From Takakia lepidozioides (taxonomy: Eukaryota; Plantae; Bryophyta), in contig CM060734.1 in the NCBI GenBank assembly GCA_030704615.1, forward strand, positions 26,102,001 through 26,166,000: a DNA stretch of 64,000 nucleotides, written 5' to 3'. The notes beneath the pieces are model-generated. The model saw only the letters and a list, made by a program, of their open reading frames with translations, was not told where the DNA came from and searched no databases. Every line of letters starts with the position of its first letter. The first letter of the stretch is position 1. This document shows, piece after piece, positions 52,301-62,527 of the stretch. The position numbers and the translations under genes are program-made.

Positions 52301-52874
52301 GATGCAAAAGGATTCTCAAATTCGTTCATGGTTTCATTCGGCCTGGAACAATTTGTCAACACAGAAATTTGGCCCTGACGATATTTTCTTTAAGGGACAT
52401 GAGGCATGGAAATACTTGCACAATTCACAAGTCATTGGCACACCACTCACATGTACAGACAAGGAGTTCAAGTTCTTCACCAATTTTACAATTCAACGCT
52501 TACAACAAGTTTTACAGATTAAACTTCCAGACATGGTGGGACCACATTGTATGCCCCAGAGGATTCCAGTTAGAGTTCGACCGTTAAAACACCTCAGGGG
52601 GGAAGACGATTATGATACTACTGGTTCTTCAACGGACTCTTTTGATATGGCAGAGGACTATGCAATTCAGATGGCAGAGAAGAAGCGACGGGGGTCTCCT
52701 ATGCCTGAAAGATTACCTCGATATCAGCCAAAGGAGGGACTGACATTTCCAGGTAGTGCTCAATCATCTCCCTCAACCAGTGACAGAACTCGGGCTCGCA
52801 CACGGAGTCCTTCACGAGACTCTCAACGTCAGAAGGGTGCTCGCTCACAAAGGTTTGCTAATCCCAAACAGTAA
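49309..52874 (+). pseudogene. Large extra 3' ORF (~1150 aa when repaired), coiled-coil, sense orientation
   Basis: ORFs 49309-50673, 50588-51589 and 51747-52874 are joined by one frameshift and CAG>TAG stops. N-terminal VRGVDIKITPQYLQQLFDLP. Conserved with 37590-40885. Confidence 0.8.
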
Positions 52875-52895
52875 ACCGCGAGGACACGACTTTTT

Positions 52896-52913
52896 GAGAA
52901 GGGGAGGGGTAAA
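52896..52913 (+). promoter_or_regulatory. Polypurine tract
   Basis: gagaaggggaggggtaaa immediately before the 3' LTR. Confidence 0.85.
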
Positions 52914-53930
52914 TGTTAGAGGGCTGCTTGGGACTTAGACTTTTTTACGGGATCTGTGGGGTACCCTTAATTTTTACACAGACTGAGACCAACAGGAGCC
53001 TTAGGGGTGACAGCAACAGACTTTAGGGGGGGAGATACACAGCCCGACACAGTCAGACACAGCCGTCACAGCTTCGCACAGCCAACACAGCCCGTCAAAG
53101 TTCGACACAGCCGACACAGCCGACATAGTCAGACACAGCCGTCACAGCTTCGCATAGCCGACACAGCCCAACACAGCCAGTTACAGCCCGACACAGCCGC
53201 CACAGCTTCGCACAGCCCTACACAGCCCGACACAGCCAGTCACAGCCCGCCACAGCCTGATACAGCCAGTCCCAGCTCGGCACAGCTGGGGGACAGTTAT
53301 CATTGGCAGGGAACGAATGTGAGAACGACATCTGAAAAAAGAACGTGTACTATAGGGATGACGGTTAGTTAGGAAAGCAGTTAGAACAACTTGTAGGTAG
53401 ATAAAGCGAAGAATGGGGACGTCTGGGGATCACTTCTTGGGGGGGAGGGACTTCACGCATCACGGCTTGGAAATGAAGGAAAGAGCGCATCTCTGAGTGA
53501 AAAGATGGAGAGCACGAAGTAGGAGAAGAGACGATCTGTTGATACTTGATGAATGCAAGCTGTAGAATTGTAATATAGAGTAGATTAGATACACCATGGC
53601 TTCAGCCTGATACTTGATGGATATTAATCTGATACATATTTCATACTCACACTGTGTAGAGAGACCTGAGTGAAGCTGTGGAATGAATGGATGAGCGGAT
53701 GGAACCTGATAGATTTTTGAAGCAATCTGATACTTAATTGCAGACAGTAAGGTAACTCGCTAACATGAATGCGGGAAGGAGTACAAATAGGAAACACCCC
53801 CATGATACACTAGCTATAGGTCATGACTGATTGTTCTGAGCGGGCTGAGTGCTTAGAGATTTCCAACTCTTCTATCTTGGAGTTCCCACCTCGGATAGCG
53901 AAGGGATGGGTGAGTAAAAGCCGCTCGACA
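52914..53930 (+). repeat. 3' LTR
   Basis: TGTTAGAGGG..CTCGACA followed by the TSD. Confidence 0.95.
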
Positions 53931-54003
53931 CTCGCTCACAAAAGTTTGCTGATCCCAAACAGTAAACTGTGAGGACACGTCTTTTTGAGAGGGGGAGGGG
54001 TAA

Positions 54004-54912
54004 TGTTAGAGGGCTACTTGGGACTTAGACGCTTTTACGGGTTCTGTGGGGTACCCTTAATTTTTGTGCAGACTGAGACCAACAGGAGCCTTAGGGGTGG
54101 CGGGAGCAGGCTTTAGGGGGGTTAGACAGCTCGTCACAGTCTATCACAGCCAGACACAGCTTTACACAGCCCGACACAGCTTTGCACAGCCAGTCACAGA
54201 CACAGCTTCGCACAGCCAGTCACAGCCCGACACAGCTTTATACAGCCTGACACAGCTTCACATAGCCTGACACAGCTTCGCACAACCAGTCACAGCCCAA
54301 CACAGCTTTACACAGCCAGTCACAGCTCGGCACAGCTTGACACAGCTTGACACAGTACATGGGGAACAGTTATCATTGACAGGGAACGACTGTGTGGGAA
54401 CGACATCTGCAGAGGGAACTTGTTTACTTCAGGGGTGACGGTTAGTTAGTTAGGTGGTTAGAACAGTTTGCGGGTAGATTAGGCAGAGCGGCAACAGGAA
54501 GGGGATCACTTCTTGACAATGGCGACTTGTTTAGGAGAGGAGGAGACGTAACGGAGAGCGGAAATAGTGAAGAGGAGATGATGACTTGATTGAGGCTTAA
54601 TTCATGCAAGCTGTAAAATTATACAGTAGGGTAGATTATGGACACCATGGCATAGGCATGATACATGATTAATCTTAATCCGATACTGAATCGATACAAA
54701 CATATTGTGTAGAGAGACATGAGAGAAGCTGTGGAATGAATGCATGATTAATTGGAACTTAGTAGATACTGAAACAATCTAATGCTTCAGTATACACGGT
54801 AAAGTAAATTGATAACATGGAGGCAAGAAGGAATACAAATAGGAAGCACAACCATGATTCATTAGCTGCAGCTCATGACTGATTGTTTTGAGCGGGTTGA
54901 GTGCTTAGAGAT
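54004..54912 (+). repeat. Diverged, 3'-truncated LTR of the older host element
   Basis: Similar to the other LTRs but stops at gagtgcttagagat without a CA end. Confidence 0.85.
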
Positions 54913-54914
54913 AT

Positions 54915-55632
54915 CCAAAAAACGGCGCCGAATTTCCATCCGAGGCCCGTTGGATGAAGTCGTCTCGGGGGGAGAGGCCGACACGTGGCCGACAGAGAAC
55001 ATCCCCCGAATGGAAAAATGGCGCCGAATTTCCATCCGAGGCCCGTTGGATGAAGTCGTCTCGGGGGAAGAGGCCGACACGTGGCCGACAGAAGAACATC
55101 CCCCGGATGGAAATTCGGCGCCGAATTTCCATCTGAGGCGCGTTGAATGAAGCCCGTATCGGCACTTCTTCAACAATTTTTAGTCGTTGCATCAAGTTTT
55201 TCGTGTTTTTTTGTCTGGTTACACACTAAACTTGGCGTTTTTTGCCTACAGGCCACATTTGGCACGTGATTCCCACCATTCTGGTCCGCTAAAGACAAAT
55301 TCGTTGCCGGTTTTCCATCGATGAGGTGGACCGAATTACCTGCAGGATGGAAATTCGGCGCCGAATTTCCATCCGGCCGCGCTTCGAATTACCTCCAGGA
55401 CGGAAATTCGGTGCTGTTTTTCCATCCAGCCGCGCTCCGAATTACCTGGCGGATGGAAATTCGGCGCCGGATTTTCATCCGGCCGCGCTCCAAATTACCT
55501 CTGGGATGGAAATTCGGCGCCGGATTTCCATCCGGCGTCTCCTAGATGAGAACGGCTCGGGCGGAGGGATGGCCTCGTTGCGTCATACTTCATCCGCTGG
55601 ATGGAAATTCGGCGCCGATTTTTTCCATCCAG
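54915..55632. repeat. Array of GGATGGAAATTCGGCGCCGAATTTCCATCC-type palindromes
   Basis: Perfect 28-bp (55106-55133) and 30-bp (55345-55374) palindromes. About eight copies with ~89-bp and ~53-bp periods. Confidence 0.92.
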
Positions 55633-56624
55633 CGGGCGATTGACGAAGTCTCGGGGGGGGTGGGCGCATGTGACCGACCTCCATACCTACGACATTTAAT
55701 GGCGCAGTTGCGCATTAAATGTCCTCCGCTGTCGGTTTTGAACCGGGCTGGCGACACAGGGATTCCGCGCTTGCTTCCCGGATACGCCTTGGAAACCTGA
55801 TGCTAAACTTGGATGAACTTCTATTCGAGGCATGTACGCACACATACTGCGAGATCTTTTTTCTTTTGCTAGGACTTATGCCGCGTGGAGAAGGGCGTGG
55901 CTCTCCTGAGAGAAACCCCACATCTAGACCGCGGATGCTCCAGCAGGAAATTCCATTGTCTTGCTCACAGCCCACGCCAACTGAAGCCGAGCACTCTCAG
56001 GTTCCGCCCCTTCCTCTTTCGGTTTTCTTCTTTTTTTTAGTTTGTTTTCGCATCTTCCGCCTGGCAGCCCTGGAAGCGCATGGTTGCATCGCAAAAGCAC
56101 GAGTTGTTGAGAAGAATGATCAAGGTCAGAGTGGTTAGAAAGGAGCCAGGTCGTTGCTGCATTCAGATTTGCAACAGGGTGCACACCTCGCTGTAGATAA
56201 CAGGTTGCATCTCGGAATTAAGGAAATCCATGCTGAGCTGAGAAGATTGTCTGAGCAGATGAAGTGCCTTCAAAACATTTCACCTTGTTTTCCCGTCTTA
56301 TGGAATTCGTGTTCATTTGTTCATCGTGTTTCATGTTGATTTCTGCAAGTTACTGGTTTAGTGAACCTTAGATAGTTTGCAATGCGTGTGCAAAGCCGAC
56401 AGCTCTGGAGAAGGCTGCTTGTGCATGTCATTCTTAGGCATTGGTTGGATTTGTTTTTCATTGTTGTTCCATGCCACTCCATACTTGGTTTTGTTTTGTT
56501 TTCATTGTTGTTCCACAATTGTTGCAATGGTGGTTGCGCTGCTCGTTGCGATGGTGGTTTTCATTCCGATGTTGGTTCTCACGATTTTTGGGGATGACAG
56601 AGTGACGACGAGCCCGACACGCTG

Positions 56625-59600
56625 GTGGTATCATCGACAGCTCCAACTGCTCGAGCAGTGACTCCAAAAGCCGCTACTCATCGCATGTTTGGATCGCCCA
56701 ACTTGGGGCGGGAGGGCAAACTAAAACCTTTCGTTGGTGGACGGGAGGACTTACAGCGAGAGTACGACAGAATAAGCATTGGGGAGGTTGGTGCAGGCGG
56801 CATGGCAGGTGAAGGCGGCATGGCAGGTGAAGGGCGTCGGATGAGGACAACAGATCCGGCAATGGAGGATGTTGATGCACATGCAGTAGGGCCCGCCCAC
56901 GCAAAGAAGAAGAAGAAGAAAGCCAAGCACATGCAATCCCCGGCGAGAGAGCCGTCACGGGCTGCGGAGGGGGGAGTGAGCAGGGCGCGCGAGGGTGTCA
57001 GTTCGCCTCAATCAGAGGTGGTCGTCCTGGAGGCCTCCCCTGCTGCTACCCCTAGTAAGAAACAAAAGGCCCGTGAGAGGGCAAAAGAGAGGGCAAAAGA
57101 ACAGGCGAGACAGAAGGCTAGCCAGGAGGCAAGAGAAAATGCCACTGAAGAGGCCAGGGGTATCGAAATGACAGATGCCCATGTAAGCGAGGGACGCACA
57201 GAGACGGTGGATCCCTCCAAGATACCACAAAGAGGCAATAACACACCAGTTACACCATCGCGGGCAGGAGCAGACCCCGCAATTACCCATACGGTGGAGA
57301 CTGGAGGAGGTGAAAGAACACCACAAAGAGCACGGATTGTGCAAGTTCGAGGTGAAGCCGGGGTGAGGGCAGTAGAGACGGAGAGAGTGCTCCAGGTGCT
57401 TCCGCCGGAGGATGACCATGTTGAGGACGACGAGAGGGAGCTTTCTGACCAGGATGACATCCTCCCGGACATCCCCAGGCCCCAAACCCGCAGCATACAA
57501 GCTGAATTTGGCGGTCCGGGTGGGCTGTCGGAGAACCCCCCTGCAACAGACGTCATGTCGGAGGCGGATATGAAGTTGGCCGCTGCCAAGATGTTGGAGG
57601 CAACCCACAACAACATTGGCAGGATCATGGGGGGCATGGTGTACCCGACCAAGCTTCGGATTCCCCTTTGCACTTGGTTTCATTGCAGGTGGTGAGACCT
57701 GCCCGATATCGACAAGCTGAAATTCTCTTTCCGGGAGGGTATCGAATGGGGTCTGCAGCGTTTTACGTTTCCATGGAGAACGACCACGGAGCTTCTCGTG
57801 CCTACACTTCCGATGAGGTGGACAAATGAGGTCCCCATTGGCAAAGGCAAAATGAGGAGTTCGAGAGATTGATTGCTACTGATCCTCTTTTCCAGCACTT
57901 GTCCGGAAAGATGTTTTACGTGTGAAACAGCAATCATCGCCTCCTGTCATGGATAGAGTACATAGCCCAAGCCCACCCCAACGACCTGGATTGACATTTC
58001 GCCATGGAGTGTGTTGTGCTTAAGGTTGCAGGGCCCAAAGATCGTAGTCTTCTCAAAGCGGCAATGGCAGACATCAACTCGTAAGTTACAATGCTTCTTG
58101 CTTTGGAACTTTGAATTTGAAACAGTCATTTCATTGCCAATCGTCATATTTGTTGCAAATTAACATTTCTGTATTGTTTAATGGAAATGTGGCATTGCAG
58201 GGTGACTGAGAATGCCTTCATTGCCACCAACTTGTCCCATATGCTCTTCCGAGTGAAGGATGTTGGGAAGCAGGGGGTGCAAGAGTTTGCCAATTCGCTC
58301 AGTGCTGACCTCCTGCACAAGTCGGAGGCAAAGGCAGACAGAACCTGGTATAGGCTGAGCATGGACGCCATGGTGGACTACATATTTCGGGTAAAGCTCC
58401 TCACTGTTTTGTTGAGCTAATCTGTCTCTCCTCCCCCAATAGAAGAAAAAATGTTGAGCAGGATCTCTAACCTTATGTGCGCATTCTTGACAGACGAAAA
58501 TTCAGCAGGATTTGGCACATGCGCGGAGGTTCTACATGAAGTCAGAGGAGAAAAAACTAACCCTCCCGGCACTGGAATCGTATCTCAAAGCTGCGGAGGC
58601 GAAGGCCCGCATCAAGTACAAGTCGCGGATGATAAAGTACGTGGCCATAGCTGATCCCGCCCTTGGTGCCGATTTTCTGGTGGAGGTGGGGAAGCACTAC
58701 TCCCGCGCTCTGAAGCCCACGATGACATTGGAGAAGCTGCATCATCTAGCCACATCCTGTGTGGATGCAACAGAAAATGTTATATATTCTTAACCAAATT
58801 GTAGTGGCAGCAATTCGTTTTTGTGGTGTTTGGCGCTTACTAATATGCTGGGTGGTTGGACAGACCCGGTGGCTCCAAATCTGGAATGGTTCCCAAATTA
58901 CAAGGGACATGTGGAGCTTCCCCAAACCCGACAAACTGTCCGACCCACATTCGACATGTGGATGAACCGCATGACATGGTGGTTTCAGGTACTTTCCCAC
59001 GCTTCATTTGGGGCGTCTACTCTTGTATCGGATGGATTTATTGTATTTTTTGAGGAAAGCGGTCTGATGGAGAATCTCCATGGGTAACGACGAATGCGCA
59101 AGAGCAGCTTGACACACAAGCACATCAGTTCAAGCTGGAGATTTCTGGTGAAGCAGAGAGCCTACGCGACTACGTGACGAGGTACTTTCTGCTTTACAAA
59201 ACCGACCTATTCTTTCGAGAGATACCCCATGCCCGCCGGAGCCACGAGTTCACCGACCAGTCGAACGCAGACAAAGCGACAATGCGCCTTCTGTATAGGT
59301 ACATACGTTGTGCCTTTCTTTTTAGTCCCAACATTTCAAGGATGTAAGAGGCCTTATGTGGCGCATGAAAATTAGTTTTGGTCCTTGGAAAAATGGCGTC
59401 GAATTGGGCCCTGGGTGATGGCTGTCCAGGGGATGGCTGGCTTGTGAGTCTGGAAATTCGGCGCCATTTTTCCAGTTGCAGGCCCAGTCAGATCTGGGAC
59501 TTAGCCATTCTCGGCCCAAACCTGGGAAAATGACGCCGAATTTCCAGTTCAGGGCCCCGAAAATGGCTAAGTCCTTGGGGTGGCTGGCACCGAAACTGGA

Positions 59601-62293
59601 AATTCGGCGCCATTTTTCCAGTTCCGAGCCCAGTCAGTTCTGGGACTTAGCCATTTTCAGGCCCAACCAGGGAAAATGGCGCCGAATTTCCAGTGCACGG
59701 CCCCGAAAATAGCTAAGTCCCTTTAGAGGCAGGCATCTCAACTGGAAATTCGGCGCCATTTTTCCAGTTCCGGGCCTAGTGAGTTATGGGACTTAGGCAT
59801 TTTCGGCCCCAACCTGGGAAAATGACGCCGGTTTTCCAGTGCAGGGCCTCGAAAATGGCTAAGTCCTTAGTGTGGCTGGCACCGAAACTGGAAATTCGGC
59901 GCCATTTTTCCAGTTCCGGGCCTAGTCATTTTCATTCCCTAAAATTTACCTCGTTCCCAGGACCTCATTCTGTGTGTTTCTTGAATGCAGGTACTGCAAG
60001 TTCTCCCTTTTGGAGAAATGGCATCTGTCCTTCGAGCCGCCATTCTTCCTCGCATGGAGGAACCCTGGGGCTGACTCCATGTACACTGACGTTATCGTGA
60101 AGGAGTGGCATTTGGAACATTTGCGCGACTGCCCTTAGTATGTGGACCTTTAGCCCGGCTCGCTCGACCCATCCGAGTTTCAATTGAAGCTGGATGCTGA
60201 GGCTCGACGAAACCGGGCTCCGCTGCCTCCGCTGGGTCCAAAGGAGGCGAGAGCGCTTGCCCAGTCCAGGAAAGTGGCAGAGCTTGCTCAGGCAGGTATT
60301 CAAGAGAAATTGAATGAGAAGAATAAAGGACACGGAAACAGGGGAGTACAGTAACCCCCAAAAAACAAAAAACCACCGGGGCACCAGAGGAGGCGCAGGA
60401 GGGGCCCCAAGGGAGTGACTCCGATGACGACTTTGTGCAAGGTCTTGCGACTGCTGCTGCTGGTACCAAGTCACCGGTCGTCCGGGTTCCCAAGTCAGTT
60501 CGGACTGGGACTGGCTCTACCAAGAAGTTGGCATTTGAGGGCGAGCCTACACGGCGGTATTCGGCGGTGACGTTTCCGAAGAGGCCAAAGCTAGAACCCC
60601 CAACCATCATCCAATGTGTCAATGAGAGCTTCCTTGACGTTCTAGCTGCCAGGGCGAAGAAAGTGGCACACAACAAGTCTGTGGAGAAGCAGAAGGGGAA
60701 AGCCAAGAAGAGGGCTCCCAGTACAGAGCCTAAAGACATCCCTGGTTTCGAATCCATGATGGAATTCTTCACGACTGTGAGCACGGATTGCAAGAGCACT
60801 TGGGGGGGGGGGGGTTTTGAGGTGGAGAGAGCCTGCAATATGATTTTCCTCGATATTCCAGATGGGGAACTGCTGGAGGGCCTAGATGGTGTGCCCACCT
60901 GGAACAAGTTTACTGAGGACTACTGGAGAGCCAGGTTTGGGTTGGCGGGGATGCTCCTGGATGACGGTGGATGTATGGTGGTCATTGCCACAAGAGGGAA
61001 GACCACAGACAATGCTGTGGCAAGGTGGACACCGAAAAGTGTCACCCCGGTCCCCTTAAAAAATGGTTCTGCATCAATACGCAGGGGTTGCGAACAGAGG
61101 GTAGAGTGTAAGTTATCAATCTATTCATATTGTGGTGTATCTGAATTAGACCCTGGAGTTGAAACCTCTTTTGTTGGATATGCAGACATTGGTGTTTGAG
61201 GCATATTGTTTTGTGAAGAGAGGGTCTACGTTTAAATTCTGCAACGACGGTCGTCTTGTTGATGCCGCTGTGGACCCTATTACCTACGATGTCATCTACA
61301 ACTATGTGCCCCACTCCAGTATGCCGAAGGACACAAAGACAGGCAAACCGTGGCGGTACAGCCAGACCCGGAGCCCTGCTTTCATCCAAACCCTCATGGA
61401 GACGTGCTCAGATGTCCAAGGGCGGATTCTTGACCTCACATGCGGCACGGGTAAGCCTTCACGTGCACATTTTGTCCCCTGGCCCGATTGCAATTGCATG
61501 CCGCATGCTACTAACCGCCCGCTTTGTCCCTCAGGTGCTTCAATGTGGGCAAGGATGTTGTCCGACAGACATGTCTTCGCCTTCGAGCCAGATACTGCCC
61601 TCCACAACTCCGAACTTGCAGCGGCTGAACGTCTGCCGAAAGATGAAGAGACATCCTCGGAGGATGAGGAAGAATCCGACAAGGAGCAGGGGGAGGAACC
61701 CCCGGTTTACGAGTGAGTGGTCGCATTGTAAGATGCCTCCTGATTTCGTGAGGCACCTCTCTTCGCTCTCTTATTTCATTGAAAGACCCTTTTTTGCTTC
61801 TACTGGTATTGACATTCTTAAAGTGGATTTGTTCTTACTGCAGGATGCTAAGTACTGCAGGATGGACATCTACACCGCAGTTCATGGGCAGGAGGAACGT
61901 GTTTTTTTTGTCAGGGGGGATTTCATGCCTAGTCCAGAAAGGGACTACATCCTTCCTACTTATGCTACCCGGCTTGCTTTGGTGTCCATTAGGAGGTCTT
62001 CCGAACCTAGTCGTGTACAGCAGATTTTAGACGAGGCAAACCTCAAGAAAATGAAGATGAGGGAGGAGGCAGCAGCTATTAGAGCCCGTCAGACTCGTAG
62101 ATTTGTCTTGGATTCTGCTGAGGAAAGTGGGGGAGAAGAGGCAGAAGATTCCCAGGAGGTGAGGTGGACAGTTCCCCAAGGAGATCACGGAATTTTTTAG
62201 AGACATAGTGGAACTGATGCATCACAGAACTCGGAGGATGGAGAGGATGAGGGGGAAGGCGGGACAAGTTCCTCGGAGGGTGTAGGAGAGTAG
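56625..62293 (+). pseudogene. Multi-exon gene: disordered N-terminus, ParB/Srx-like domain, linker, beta-class N4-C/N6-A DNA methyltransferase-like domain, acidic tail (copy C)
   Basis: ParB-like MFYV*NSNHRL at 57911-57943 (restores to VWDGNHR by G>A reversions). MIFLDIPDG motif IV (60852-60866). GMLLDDGGCMVV. RSPAFIQTLMETCSDVQGRILDLTCGT|GAS motif I and RHVFAFEPD motif II. Predicted GT-AG introns 58081-58200, 58391-58493, 59299-59990, 61108-61185, 61451-61534 and 61713-61860. Stops and frameshifts present. Confidence 0.8.
59385..59920. repeat. Intronic array of CTGGAAATTCGGCGCCATTTTTCCAG palindromes, ~146-bp units in alternating orientation
   Basis: Copies near 59388, 59451, 59525, 59597, 59671, 59742, 59817 and 59888, inside predicted intron 59299-59990. 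Confidence 0.88.
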
Positions 62294-62527
62294 TGCCCAT
62301 TCCGGCTATGACAGTTACGACACACTTGTATAGATGTGGCTTGCCACAAAATTTGCAATAAAATGTTGCATTTTATTGCTATGACGAGTCCACGGGTGCC
62401 AAATTCCAACTTGATATGACCCTATTTCTGTGCCTCCTAACCCTATTTCCGTGGACAAACAATGGTCTGCTCATGTTTTTTTTTTTTTTCCGCTCATGCT
62501 CATGCCGCTCATGAAATAACAACCCCC

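Larger units (their letters stand above)
40886..53930 (+). mobile_element. Full-length non-chromovirus Ty3/Gypsy LTR retrotransposon (~13 kb)
   Basis: LTRs 40886-41761 and 52914-53930 (TGTT..GACA), TSD CTCGC (40881-40885 / 53931-53935), PBS, PPT, gag-PR-RT-RH-INT, extra ORFs 5' and 3'. Confidence 0.96.
35804..54912 (+). mobile_element. Older, internally deleted non-chromovirus Ty3/Gypsy (35804-40885 plus 53936-54912), host of the nested element
   Basis: Partial RT joined directly to integrase at about 36511. The extra ORF is split by the insertion and resumes at 53936. PPT at 53986-54003. Diverged, truncated LTR at 54004-54912. Confidence 0.88.
54913..62527. mobile_element. Right part of Mutator-like element copy C with the most complete ParB-like/MTase gene
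   Basis: Right TIR reverse complement GGGGGTTGTTATTTCATGAGCGGCATGAGC ends at 62527. Palindrome arrays and a multi-exon gene. Confidence 0.8.

Noticed and set aside
49309-52874. env gene
   Set aside because: No evident signal peptide, transmembrane segment or fusion motif; the sequence is dominated by coiled coil.
35804-54912. Tandem elements sharing an LTR
   Set aside because: The 5-bp TSD and the resumed ORF show a nested insertion; no PPT precedes the LTR at 40886.
60435-61716. Bacterial restriction-modification methylase from contamination
   Set aside because: GT-AG introns are conserved between copies, the gene is embedded among plant TEs, and there is no cognate endonuclease or operon structure.
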